Assembly (NCBI GenBank): GCA_002269645.1 | Contig: NIVC01000218.1 | Location: forward strand, 390,407 to 454,406 | DNA from: Macrostomum lignano | Lineage: Eukaryota | Direction: 5' to 3' | DNA: 64,000 nucleotides | Part shown: in pieces, positions 48,601-61,280 of the stretch | Position numbering within the stretch: position 1 is the stretch's first letter | Layout of the letters: each line of letters opens with the position of its first letter | Made by a program: the position numbers and the translations under genes | The notes under the pieces: generated by a model | Database searches by the model: none | What the model saw: the letters and a program-made list of their open reading frames with translations, nothing else | Told to the model about the DNA's origin: nothing

Positions 48601-51600
48601 GCCGTGGAAGGCCGATATGCTGATGCCTTTGGTGCACCGCAGTCGCATCACGGCTTCGAAACCGATCTTCCTAGTAACGTAGCGATTGAAATCCGTGGCT
48701 AGCCTGGCTCGCTCCTCGTCTGGCCGTTCGGCCATGTCCGGATAGTGAAAGAAATCGCCGGACGAGAACAGACTGGCCGGCAGTAGGGATGGCAGATCTA
48801 CAGGCTGAGGTGCCAGGCAGAACAGATCGATGCCAAGTTGAACTCCGCAGCAGTCCAAAGCCAGGCGTTTATAAAAATCTGTGCCAGGCTGTAGAATTCC
48901 AGAGCTCGGCTTGCCGGCTCGAGTTGACGGGTCGTCGCGATTTTGTAGAGCGCCCGGGCCCAGGCTGGGCAGGCTGGCTACGAATGCGGTGACGCGGCCG
49001 CCGTACGACTGCGGATTGGAGATGATATGGGTGCCAGGGAGGTTTTGGTGGAGAATATATATATAGTATAGTGCTGCATTGAGAGGATCAATCACTATAA
49101 GGAAACGGCGGCCCTCCAAAACGCGTATTTCAGGTGTCACGGGTCTTCATCAGAAGCGCTGGCAAGGGTCAGAGGCCCCTCGTCAGAAGCATTGAGAGGG
49201 GTCAGAGGCCCCTCGTCAGAAGCATTGAGAGGGGTCAGAGGCCCCTCGTCAGAAGCATTGTGAGGGGTCAGAGGCCCCTCATCAGAAGCACTGGAAGGGT
49301 CAGAGGCCCCTCGTCAGAAGCACTGGAAGGGTCAGAGGCCCCTCATCAGAAGCACTGGAAGGGTCAGAGGCCCCTCGTCAGAAGCATTGAGAGGGGTCAG
49401 AGGTCCCTCGTCAGAAGCATTATGAGGGGTCAGAGGCCCCTCATCAGAAGCATTGGAAGGGGCCAGAGGCCCCTCGTCAGAAGCACTGGGAGGGGTCAGA
49501 GGCCCCTCATCAGAAGCATTGGAAGGGGTCAGAGGCCCCTCGTCAGAAGCACTGGGAGGGGTCAGAGGTCCCTCGTCAGAAACATTGGGAGGGGTCAAGA
49601 GGCCCTTCGTCAGAAACATTCGGGGGGGGGGGTCAATGGCCCACCGAAACCCTTACTCAGGAGGGGTCAATGACCCTAGAGGCACATTCTAGACACAACC
49701 GCATACCTGCGCTAGTTTATAAGCCATCTGCAGTGCTGTGCCCAGACAAGACCCCGGCGCCTCCGGGAACTCCTGAATCGGCAGAGTCTCCAACAGTTCG
49801 GCGATAGCGTCACGACACTCCGACACGGTCACGAGCAGACCGTCGTGCAAAGGCGGTGCCGCCTCGTCAAGATCCGGCAGTACAAGCATCCTCGGCCTTG
49901 GCCCGTCTAGCTGGTACAGATGCAGGAACCCGTTGAATGTCATGATGGCCAGCTGAGTGCGGGCGTCACCGGGCAGACGGTCAAGTGAGCGTAGCAACAC
50001 CTGGCAGACGGTGGACAAGTAGGCGGCGCCGAGAGACACGTCGAAAAGCATCACGTAGGTGGCCGGAGGCGGCGGTCGGACAGTGTACTCTTGAGGCGCG
50101 ATAAACTCTACAGTGGCCGAGCGGACCTCCGGACGGCGAGACGGCTCGCCGTACACCTGCAGGTATGAGCACATGAATAGGGCGATGAGGCCTATCTTTG
50201 ATTAGACAATTCTTTAACCCTCCATGACCAACTCTATGACACTCGATGATCAACTCTATGACACTCGATGACCCACTCTATGACACTCGATGACCAACTC
50301 TATGACACTAGATGACCCACTCTATGACACTCGATGACCAACTCTATGACACTCGATGACCAACTTCGATGACCAACTCCATGACAATTGATGACCAACT
50401 CTATGACAATTGATGACCAACTATATGACACTCGATGACCCACTCTTTGACACTCGATGACCCACTTCGATGACCAACTCCGTGACACTCGATGACCAAG
50501 TTGATGAAAAACTTGATGACACACGATGATCAATTCTATGATTATTGATGATACCACCAATGAATGATACTCCAGTACCCGCCCATGATCTTAAGTCATC
50601 CATATACTCAAACCACTCTAAAAGTACAATTCAAAAGGCAATAAAACAGGCCAATCTCACCTTGCTAACGGGATCGTATTGGAATTCGTCGGGCAAATCG
50701 TTGGTCCTATAGCACACGTTGCAGCGCCATCTTCGCTGATCGATAAGCTGCACAAACGGATTAATATAAGTCCGGCAGGACCTGCAGCGCACAATGACGC
50801 TAGCCTGTATCACTGGCAGATTACGCAAATCTTTAAACGGATGCAATAGCAAGCCTAACGGCAAGCGAGCCTTCTGCAACAGAGAAGATGTGCTAGGAAT
50901 GACGTTTAAAGTGCAGCACATCACCTCCGGATCGCAGTTAGCGTCTCCCGGATAGTGTTTAACAGACGGTTTCAATACTTCAATGCCTTCAGTAGGCGAC
51001 AGCAGCTGCCTGTCTTGCAGCAGGTTGACGTGACGCTGAGTGGAGCCGTCCTGCGACGAGCGCAACGAACCGTCAAGTCGAGCCGTTGGAGGAATGCCCG
51101 ACGGCGGCATCGGTGCCGGCGGCTGCGGAGGACCCGGAGGGCGAAGAGTCGGCGGGGCCTGCGGTTGGGGAGGCATCGGCGGCCGCTGCTGCTGCGGCTG
51201 CGACTGCGGCTGGTAGGGACCCGGCGGAGGCGGCATCGGCGGTCGAGGCTGCTGTTGAGGCGGCATCGGCGGTCGAGGCGGACCATAAGGTGCACCGCTT
51301 GGCGGCGAAGGAGCCGAAGGTGGCGGCGGTGGCATTGGCGGTCGAAGGGGCTGAGTCTGGTGCTGAGCTGGCTGAGCTGGCGGTGGCCATACAGCCGGCT
51401 GAGACTGATAATGACTGCCTGCACCGTTGGAACCGTTGGGCATTCCCGGGTGGATTTGCTGCTGCTGCTGCTGGGGCGGCATTGGCGGAGCAATCGTACC
51501 GCCCGGCCCGCCGCCTTCCATAGCCTCCATAGCGGCTAATGGCACCGGGGATGGCCTATTAGATATGTCCAATCTGTGCAGGCTGATCTCGGAATTGTTA

Positions 51601-51830
51601 CTAGACATCAGATTTGGCGCTTTAACCTGATGAGAATAGGTGGCTTGACCGCCAAATGGTAGCGGCAGGCTGCTCCCTTGTTGCTGCTGTGGCGGCAACG
51701 GCTTCTGAGGCAACGGCTGCTGGTAGTTCTGCTGCATGCCAGGTCGCAAAGGCTGCGGCTGCGGAGGCTGCGGCGGTTGCGGAGGCTGCGGCGGCCGCTG
51801 CTGTCGATAGCCAGGATACTGTTGTTGCAT
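45635..51830 (-). CDS. SEC24: COPII cargo adaptor SEC24A/B-like, ~1027 aa; exons 51830-50661, 50156-49707, 49008-48367, 47293-46715, 45877-45635 (alternative start 51842)
   Basis: P/Q-rich N-terminus and a zinc finger (IVRCRSCRTYINPFV...WRCNVCYRTND). Trunk/vWA domain (RPPPPATYVMLFDVS, GGRVTAF, FYKRLALDC), beta-sandwich (GFEAVMRLRCTKG, ERRIRVHT), helical and gelsolin-like parts, ending LVEDRSEGGASQSYQEFL. All introns are phase 0, GT-AG. Confidence 0.92.
45905..46650. repeat. two adjacent GA-rich minisatellites (24-bp CTTTCAAGATGGGAGAATGGGGCT, then ~19-bp GAGAATGGGGATCTCTATT) in SEC24 intron 4
   Basis: Seen directly. Confidence 0.88.
47415..48240. repeat. 22-bp minisatellite (GTGACATCTAATGTGACCGTCA) in SEC24 intron 3
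   Basis: Period of 22 (GTGACAT at 47642 and 47664). Confidence 0.95.
49135..49620. repeat. 32-33-bp minisatellite (GGGTCAGAGGCCCCTCGTCAGAAGCACTGGAA) in SEC24 intron 2
   Basis: CAGAGG recurs at 49203, 49236, 49269, 49301 and 49333. Confidence 0.93.
50224..50520. repeat. 22-bp minisatellite (ATGACCAACTCTATGACACTCG) in SEC24 intron 1
   Basis: Period of 22 (ATG at 50224 and 50246). Confidence 0.92.
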
Positions 51831-53219
51831 AGCTTTACGCATGCAAGGAAGTTTATATTTATTATTATTCTCTAAGAGTAAGAGCCTAAACGAGACATTG
51901 AATCTACACATGTACCAATTGGCTATAAATTGCAGCTGTGTCTCAACGTGCAGTTATGTCACGACGAATTAGCATATTTTAATTGCATGCCAGGTCGCTA
52001 TTAGCAAGAAATTAGCTACCAACTAGAACTAGAAACTATTAACCAATTAAGGAATTAAGTCTAAAAAGTGCGTTCGAATCTAATATGATATGATTTATTT
52101 TAGATTTATATAATATAATGAGTTCTAATTTTACTAATTGAAAATAAAGATGCATATTCACTCAATGTAACCCTCAGAGGTATTGATATTTTATTTTGAT
52201 ATGGAAGTGAAGATAAGGAGTAAATTATCTTGGTGTAATGGTTCATTAAGAGATTACTCCAACAACAGCCAAACATATGGCATCTACCATTTGCCAGACT
52301 ATTTTGCAGTGCAGACTTGAGAAGATCAAGTGCCTTGCTATCATGCCAGACAGCTGCAGCACAATGCAAGGTGCATTGTTTTCCTAATTTGGTCAATCAT
52401 AGTGCTTGCCGAATCATATTGCAAGTGCTGCAAAAATACCTATGGAGCCTCTGACCAAGGAGAAATGGCAAAATGCTTAGTCAGGGAGCTAAATAGCCAT
52501 TTCAAGTCATACTATTCTCAAGCAAACTTGTTTTGACCACAATGCTAAGAGCTTTACTCAGACCAAGAAGTTTGTATTTTCTGAGCTATGGATATCTACT
52601 AGCTCCAGTTTCTACTTATCATAGAGTGAATATTTCATTCTTAAAGGTTTTGTGATTTTTGTTTTAATATAAAAACAAACAAATCTTGAATTTTAGGTAA
52701 TAGTTTTGTTTACACTTGTAAAATAGTTAAAAGTTATTAATAGTTGTAAAGTACAAAAAGTACATTAAACTTATGTTTTCAGGGTTTTATAGGTTTTTTT
52801 CATGTTTTTTCTAAGTTTTTCTAGGTCATGGATACTCTGATTCTATCCTAAAGAAAAGACAACAGTATTTTAGCTCTTTAATAAGATTTGTCAGAAGATA
52901 GAAGAGGGATAGAGCTTCATTGTAAGCAGCAAGAGTACATTTGAAAGTTAAAAAAGAGGCAAAGCATATCATTCTAGAGGTTATCAAGAAGAAAGCTATA
53001 GAACTGGTTATTATCTGCCTTGGGTTTTTTGTGTCATAGGCATGCCATGACATGTTGAAATTAAAAATGGCATAATGATTTTGATGCTATTATGCCAAAA
53101 TGGCATAACAAATTTTTGCCATTATGACATTGCCAAATTGCCAATGCTAAAACCCAAATTCCAAATTTCAGTTTTGCTTTTAAATTAGTTTAAATACCTT
53201 GTTTGTTGTGACAGCTTGG

Positions 53220-53440
53220 CAGTCAGATGATTGGCCTTATCTATCACTTTTGGCAAAAATCTTATTTGCCTTTAGTGCCAAAAATGCAACAGCAAAGAGA
53301 GGATTTTTGTTGCTAACTCGCCTCAAGATGCCAATTCACAACAGGCTGTGTTGGAACAATAGATATGCTAATGAGACTCCACCTTAATGTTGATTCATAT
53401 CTAACATTTGACTATGCTAGAGCCTTTGAATGCTGGCAGA
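53220..53440 (+). mobile_element. degenerate hAT transposase C-terminal dimerisation-domain fragment
   Basis: WPYLSLLAKILFAFSAKNATAKRGFLLLTRLKMPIHNRL resembles the YP-L--LA--L---P-S-A--ER-FS-L--IK---RNRL consensus. It is followed, after a frameshift, by LMRLHLNVDSYLTFDYARAFECW. Confidence 0.6.
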
Positions 53441-53735
53441 ACTCTACATATCAAAAGTGCTACTTGGTATCAAATCCAAGTTTGTTATGTTCCGTTGCTA
53501 TTGCAAATTCTGCTACATGTATGGCTACTAATGAGCTGGCCAAAGCAACCTTTGATGAGCTATAGATTTCAATATGATGTGAAATATTAATCAATCAAGT
53601 ATCAATTTACTATTGCCTTAAGTACCAGCATCTGATCTGCAGTACTATATTATCTTTAGTTGCCTAAGTTGAAGTCCAAAATAATCATAAATAAGTATTA
53701 TATATATGCTTGTACCTTAATAATCATGCTTAGAT

Positions 53736-53882
53736 GCAACCTAGGGATTCACCCGGCTGTTTCTATTGGCAACACACACATGTAAGTTGCTATTGGACGG
53801 AATAATAGTGACTGCTCCCAGCCAATAGTGACTTACATATGTGTGTTGCCATTAGAAATGGCCGGGTGATTCCCAAGGTAGC
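53736..53882. repeat. 147-bp imperfect hairpin (~65-bp arms), MITE-like
   Basis: GCAACCTAGGGATTCACCCGGCTGTTTCTATTGGCAACACACACATGTAAGT versus the reverse complement GCTACCTTGGGAATCACCCGGCCATTTCTAATGGCAACACACATATGTAAGT. Confidence 0.8.
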
Positions 53883-55189
53883 ACATATATGTTAATAATA
53901 AATAATTATATTAGTTCTCTTAGTCTAACTCCTACTAACAAATAAAGATCTAAAGACAATATGTTTGAAAAAATGAAAAGCTACATTTGTTTAGTTTGCC
54001 TTTTTATTTCTATAAAATATAAAAAATTACTAAGTAGTACAAATTTTTGTGTAGTCACTGCAGTCATATCCTTGAGCTCAAGTCCTCATATCATATTGTA
54101 TATTATATATACCTGCTAGTTGCCAAACTGGCAAGCTATAATCACTTCATTCCCATCTAAATCTGAAAGGAAACACTAATATTGGCTCACAAAGTGCTAT
54201 TTTACATTTTATGCCAATGGCATATTGAAATTGAATATGGCATAACAATTTTGATGCCAAATGGCATTCAACAATTTTGACGAAAAACCCAGCATCTTCC
54301 AATTGACTAAAAGGTATTAGGAAAAAGTTACAACAATAAAATGCTATCTACTATAGCTAGGGATACTAATTAAAAAACATTTTGTTATGATATACCTATT
54401 ATGTATACCTAATAACTTATAACATAAACATATTATATTGAAAATTGAGACAGCATTGGCAGTTGAGGCATGCCATAGAGTGCATTACTTTGTGGCAAAA
54501 GAGCCAAATGTGGCAGCGGCGATGGTCAAAAAGGTATCAATGACTAAGTCTAGTGCTGAGCTAGCTGAGAATACAATATATAGTTGCGAGGAACAAAAAA
54601 ATTGTCTAAGCTTGCTATTAGAATTATTTTAATAATTTTTATTGTAATTTCTTTTTTTAATTCATATCTTACTTAGGCTTATTTTATCAATTAGCAAGGT
54701 CAACTAAATATATAATATGCAAGATATGCAAAGTGCCTTGTAATTGATAAATGCAATTAATTGAAGTTTAATATCAACTAGGATATCCAAACCTAAAAAT
54801 TTTCACCTAGTAATCAAAAGTTATAGTCTAGTTTAGAGATTAACAATAAACTTTTTAGTTCATCATATTTCTCATAGCAATGGAAGAGGATGTTTTTGTA
54901 ATAGATCTTGATAGACAAATAAGTAGCTTGTACTAAGGTCTATAGTGAGATTTTGAAAGTTCAAAATTTATTCTTTTTTAGATATACATCTGATAGGGGA
55001 CAACAACAGCATTACAAAATGGTTTTACTTATTAATTTTGGTTGAGTAATTAAAAATTTATAGCATTTATGTCCAAAAAATTGATTTTTAGATAGTGAAG
55101 CTAGATAGACAACTCATTTTTAGTATATAGGACTAGCAATCTTCGCCCCCTGATGGGGTACATCTGGAAAGAATCCTTGTTCTTTACAA

Positions 55190-56105
55190 ATAACAAATAG
55201 ACAGCGAAATAAAGCCTTCATAAAAAACAATAGACATTCCCTCTAAAAACAAAACATCCCAAGACAGCAAGCATCCCCAGACAGCATTCAAGCATCAATC
55301 CCCAAATAGCAAGCATCCCCCAGACTGTAAATATCCCCCAAATAGCAAGCATCTCCCAGACTGCAAGTATCCCCCAAATAGTAAGCATCCCCCTGATAGC
55401 AAGCAATGCCAGATAGCAAGCATCCTCTAGACCACAAGCAATCCCAGATAGCAAGCATCCCCTAGATAGCAAGCATCCCCCAAATAGCAAGCATCCTCCC
55501 AATAGCAAACAACCCTAGATAGCAAGCATCCCCCAGACCTCAAGCAACCCCAGATAGTAAGCATCTCCCAGATAGCAAGCAACCCTAGATAGCAAGCATC
55601 CCCCTGATAGCAGGCATCCCCCAGACTGCAAGCAACCCCAGAAAGCAAGCATCCCCCAGATAGCAAGCAACCCCAGATAGCAAGCATCCCCCCGATAGCA
55701 AGCATCCCCCAGACTGCAAACAACCCCAGAAAGCAAGCATCGCCCAGATAGCAAGCATCCCCCAGATAGCAAGCATCTCCCAGATAGCAAGCATCCCCTA
55801 GACTACAAGCAACCCCAGATAGCAAGATAGCAAGCATAACCTGGATACAAAAAGACCTTATAAATATCTAGCAACCCCCTCTAGGATATTAAGTACCCTC
55901 CACCCTCCAAGAGCAAGTATCTCCCAATAGCAAGTTACCCCAGTAGCAAGCATCCTTCCGATAGCAAGCATCCCCCCAATAGCAAGCATCCCTTAGATCG
56001 CAAGTATCCCTTAGATAGCAAGCATCCCTCAAATAGCAAGCATCCCTCAGATAACAAGCATCTCTCAGATAGCAAGTATCCATCCTTAAATAGCAACCAT
56101 CCACC
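55190..56105 (-). repeat. inverted, more diverged ~0.9-kb copy of the GGATGCTTGCTATCTGGG satellite with homologous flank
   Basis: Units read ATAGCAAGCATCCCCCAG on the + strand. The flank at 55190-55242 aligns in reverse with 38445-38495. Confidence 0.9.
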
Positions 56106-56164
56106 AGAGAACAAGTAGCTAATGCAACAATTTCTTTAGCTTTATAGTGGTTCTATTTTGTTTG

Positions 56165-59050
56165 GCATGACGCTTCTTTTATGTTTGAAATGGTGGCTCT
56201 TTAATGTTTGACATGGTGGCTCTTCAATGTTTGACATGGTGGCTCTTCAATGTTTGACAAGGTGGCTCTTCTATGTTTGACATGGTAGCTCTTTAAGCTT
56301 GACATGGTGGCTCTTCTATGTTTGACATGGTTGCACTTTATTGTTTGACATGGTGACTTTTCTATTTTTGACATGGTGACTCCTCTATGTTTGACATGGT
56401 GTCTCTTCTATGTTTGACATGGAGTCACGTATATGTTTGACATGGTGGCTCTTTAATGATTGACATGGTGGCTCTTTAATGATTGACATGGTGGCTCTTT
56501 AATGATTGACATGGTGGCTCTTTAATGTTTGACATGGTGGCTCTTTAATGTTTGACATGGTGGCTCTTTAATGATTGACATGGTGGCTCTTTATTGTTTG
56601 ACATGGTGGCTCTTTAATGATCAACATGGTGGCTCTTTAATGTTTGACATGGTGGCTCTTTTATGTTTGACATGGTGGCTCTTCAATGTTCAACATGGTG
56701 GCTCTTTTATGTTTGACATGGTAGCTCTTTAAGGTTGACATGGTGGTTCTTCTATGTTTGATATGGTTGCACTTTAATGTTTGACATGGTGACTTTTCTA
56801 TTTTTGACATGGTGGCTCTTTAATGATCAACATGGTGGCTCTTTAATGTTTGACATGGTGGCTCTTTAATGATCGATATGGTGGCTCTTTAATGTTTAAC
56901 ATGGTGGCTCTTTAATGATCGACATGGTGGCTCTTTAATGTTTGACATGGTGGCTCTTTAATGATCGACATGGTGGCTCTTTATTGTTTGACATGGTGGC
57001 TCTTTAATGATCAACATGGAGTCACATATATGTTTGACATGGAGTCACATATATGTTTGACATGGAGTCACGTATATGTTTGACATGGAGTCATGTATAT
57101 GTTTGACATAGAGTCATGTATATGTTTGACATGGTGGCTCTTTAATGATCAACATGGTGGCTCTTTAATGTTTGACATGGTGGCTATTTAATGTTTGACA
57201 TGGTGGCTCTTTAATGATCAACATGGAGTCATGTATATGTTTGACATGGTGGCTCTTTTATGTTTGACATGGTGGCTCTTTAATGTTTGACATGGTGGCT
57301 CTTTTATGTTTGACATGGTAGCTCTTTAAGGTTGACATGGTGGCTCTTCTATGTTTGACATGGTTGCACTTTAATGTTTGACATGGTGACTTTTCTATTT
57401 TTGACATGGTGACTCCTCTATGTTTGACATGGTGTCTCTTCTATATTTGACATAGAGTCACGTATATGTTTAACATGGTAGCTCTTTAATGATTGACATG
57501 GTGGCTCTTTAATGTTTGACATGGTGGCTCTTTAATGTTTGACATGGTGGCTCTTTAATGATTGACATGGTGGCTCTTTATTGTTTGACATGGTGGCTCT
57601 TTAATGATCAACATGGAGTCACGTATATGTTTGACATGGTGGCTCTTTTATGTTCGACATGGTGGCTCTTCAATGTTCGACATGGTGGCTCTTTTATGTT
57701 TGACATAGTAGCTCTTTAAGGTTGACATTGTGGCTCTTCTATGTTTGACATGGTTGCACTTTAATGTTTGACATGGTGACTTTTCTATTTTTGACATGGT
57801 GGCTCTTTAATGATCAACATGGTGGCTCTTTAATGTTTGACATGGTGGCTCTTTAATGATCGACATGGTGGCTCTTTAATGTTTGACATGGTGGCTCTTT
57901 AATGTTTGACATGGTGGCTCTTTAATGTTTGACATGGTGGCTCTTTAATGATCGACATGGTGGCTCTTTAATGTTTGACATGGTGGCTTTTTAATGATCG
58001 ACATGGTGGCTCTTTAATGTTTGACATGGTGGCTCTTTAATGATTGACATGGTGGCTCTTTATTGTTTGACATGGTGGCTCTTTAATGATCAACATGGAG
58101 TCACATATATGTATGACATGGTGGCTCTTTTATGTTTGATATAGTGGCTCTTTAATGTTTGACATGGTGGCTCTTTTATGTTTGACATAATGGCTCTTTA
58201 ATGTTTGACATGGTGGCTTTTTAATGATTGACATGGTGGCTCTTTATTGTTTGACATGGTGGCTCTTTAATGATCAACATGGAGTCACGTATATGTTTGA
58301 CATGGTGGCTCTTTTATGTTTAACATGGTGGCTCTTTAATGTTTGACATGGTGGCTCTTTTATGTTTGACATGGTAGCTCTTTAATGTTGACATGGTGGT
58401 TCTTCTATGTTTGACATGGTTGCACTTTAATGTTTGACATGGTGGCTCTTTAATGATCAACATGGTGGCTCTTTAATGTTTGACATGGTGGCTCTTTAAT
58501 GATCGACATGGTGGCTCTTTAATGTTTGACATGGTGGCTCTTTAATGATTGACATGGTGGCTCTTTATTGTTTGACATGGTGGCTCTTTAATGATCAACA
58601 TGGAGTCACGTATATGTTTGACATGGTGGCTCTTTTATGTTTAACATGGTGGCTCTTTAATGTTTGACATGGTGGCTCTTTTATGTTTGACATGGTAGCT
58701 CTATAATGTTGACATGGTGGTTCTTCTATGTTTGACATGGTTGCACTTTAATGTTTGACATGGTGGCTCTTTAATGATCAACATGGTGGCTCTTTAATGT
58801 TTGACATGGTGGCTCTTTAATGATCGACATGGTGGCTCTTTAATGTTTGACATGGTGGCTCTTTAATGATTGACATGGTGGCTCTTTATTGTTTGACATG
58901 GTGGCTCTTTAATGATCAACATGGAGTCACATATATGTTTGACATGGTGGCTCTTTCATGTTTGATATAGTGGCTCTTTAATGTTCGGCATGGTGGCTCT
59001 TTTATGTTTGACATAGTGGCTCTTCTATGTCTGACATGGTGGCTTTTTTA
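56165..59050. repeat. 23-bp satellite (TTTGACATGGTGGCTCTTTAATG), ~2.9 kb, ~125 copies, with recurring multi-unit blocks
   Basis: Seen directly. Confidence 0.97.
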
Positions 59051-59689
59051 TGATTGAGCAAGTTGGTTAGGGTAAAAAGTTATGACATAATCAATTTCTT
59101 AGTCAGCCAATATCAGTCTCAATTCAAGTTAGCAATATTGGTTACACAATTTAAATCAAGTCGTGTGTACATTTCTTTGGCACTTTTTTCAACTTGGTAT
59201 GATGCAATCTTTATCAGAATTGAAATTCAGTCAGTCAGTTTTTTTCTCTAGCATTTTTACAATGCATTTCAGGTCAAAAGAGCTGCTTGGCCTTTGCAAA
59301 AAAGCATGTTTTTCAAATATTTAATCCCTTTAAAATTGAGCAATTTCTTAGCCAAGATGCATGTACCGTCGTAAGAAAATTTTGATCGAATGGTGCAAGT
59401 TTGAAGAAAATTGGTTGAGCCATTTTTTCTGAAATCTATCTCACACATATACAATTTTTTGATTTTTAGTATATTTGATTTGTGATTGAATGGTGCAAAT
59501 TTGAAGAAAATCGGACAATGCATTCGCCTAAACGACGAGAAGATGGCTATTTTACATGGCACTAATTGACATATATATATATATATAGTTTTCATTTTTA
59601 GTATATCTGATTTTGATTTTTAGTATATTGGATTCGATATGATATACAATTTTTTCATTTTTAGTATATTTGATTGGATATGATATTAG

Positions 59690-60433
59690 TAGAGCTCGAA
59701 CGGGAGTAGAATTTTCGGGATCGGGCGGGATCGGGATTGAAAATAATTTTGGGATCGGGATTCGGGATTAGTATTCGGGATTCGGGAATCTGGGATCTGG
59801 GAATATATTACTTACTAACTAATGAATCAAGGATTCAAGGATAGTTTTATCTGACTATAAACCCATGAGGGGCTTTTCATATTGTCAATTCTTGTTCCAG
59901 ACCCTTTTTCCAAAGTATAGCCTAAAAATTATCGGAATACTTGATGGAATAGTTAATGGAAAAGTTAACGGAATACTTAACGGAAAAGTTAATGGAAAAG
60001 TTGACGGAATAGTTGACGGAATAGTTAATAGAAAATTTAACGGAAAAGTTGACGAAAAAGTTGACGGCCAAAGTTATATTCGTCTTTTTTCTTGTAAAAT
60101 TCTGTTTCTGGAATCGCTTTGTGAAAAGCCTCATACTTGTTAGTTTGTTATTTACGAGTACAACTCTTTACAAATCTGTTACTAAGTAAAAATCTGCTGC
60201 TTTATTTGGTGAATTCAAGGTCAGACTTTCAACATATTTATAGTTGCTGTTACAAAAATTAGCTTAGTATTGATTACTGCTCTTGATTGTTGAAAGCATC
60301 ATCTTCATTATCAATCTATTGTGCTCCCGAATCCTGAGTTCTCTAAGCCTTCGGGATCCCGATCCCGAATTCCCGAAAAATCTTCGGGATCCCGAGAATT
60401 TGAGATCGGGATCGGGATCCCATTCGAGCTCTA
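59690..60433. mobile_element. non-autonomous hAT element (744 bp)
   Basis: TIR TAGAGCTCGAACGGGA / TCCCATTCGAGCTCTA (15/16 match), an 8-bp TSD GATATTAG at 59682-59689 and 60434-60441, subterminal CGGGAT repeats and an internal 12-bp repeat. Confidence 0.92.
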
Positions 60434-60526
60434 GATATTAGCCAAGTGCTATAGGACCATCTCCAAGAAGCAAAAGACTATTAGCAAGCTGTAAGGCACA
60501 ATAAATGGGGATAATGACCTTTGCCT

Positions 60527-61280
60527 GCCAGACATTTGCCAGCCAACATTTGCTATCTAATATTTGCTAGCAAGACATTTGCCAACTGATGTTTGCCAGC
60601 TAGACATTTGTAGGCAATAATTAGTTAAAGAATCATGCTCTCTCTAGGCTTACATGTACTTGCATTTAAAAACTGCAAACATAGAACCAATCTAACCCGT
60701 TGCTCCCTATTATACTGCTCCTAAATATACAGATTACTAACAAAAGTGTGGCATAGTGATGTTTGCTAGCCAACATAACATAAGTCACTGAAAAATTTGA
60801 TATTAAAATTTAGTAGTATGGCAAAAACTATTTTTAGTCCAACTTTTTTATAGTTATTCATAGGTATAAAAGTTTGGCCACTGAGATAAAAAGTTGCTAG
60901 TTTGGATAGTTTTGGTTACATCAGTTGCTTTGGCACCTATTACTACAATTAGTAGCAACTTTCTCATAAAATCTACCCGAAATATCAAGAAGACAAGGAG
61001 CTTTCTAGTGAGAGTAGTTTGTTAGTAATAGTAACTTGTACATATATATTTAGTAGCAATATAGTATGAAGTAAGGTGCAGTTAGATTGGTGCTATGTCT
61101 GCAGTTTTCAAATGCAAGTAAATATAAGCTTATAGTGTCAATAGAGGCCAGAGGGCATAATTTTAATTATTTACTGCCTACAAATGTTGGCTGGCAAATG
61201 TGGCTAACAAACATTGGCTGGCAAATGTCCTACTGGCAAACTTTGGCTAGCAAATATCTGACAGGCAAATGTTGTAGACC
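60527..61280. mobile_element. old foldback/MITE-like element with long (~170-bp) inverted arms around a ~385-bp spacer
   Basis: GCTTACATGTACTTGCATTTAAAAACTGCAAACATAGAACCAATCTAAC (ends 60696) versus the reverse complement of 61081 onwards, GCTTATATTTACTTGCATTTGAAAACTGCAGACATAGCACCAATCTAAC. The outer arms carry ACATTTGCCAGC subrepeats. Confidence 0.7.

Noticed and set aside
49134-49692. 179-aa RGQRPLVRS repeat ORF and overlapping ORFs
   Set aside because: They are translations of the SEC24 intron 2 minisatellite.
50955-51875. Arg-rich and Ala-rich ORFs antisense or out of frame to SEC24 exon 1
   Set aside because: They are shadow ORFs of GC-rich P/Q-coding sequence.
52066-52085. GTTCGAATC B-box-like motif (tRNA/SINE?)
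   Set aside because: No cloverleaf or A-box context is visible.
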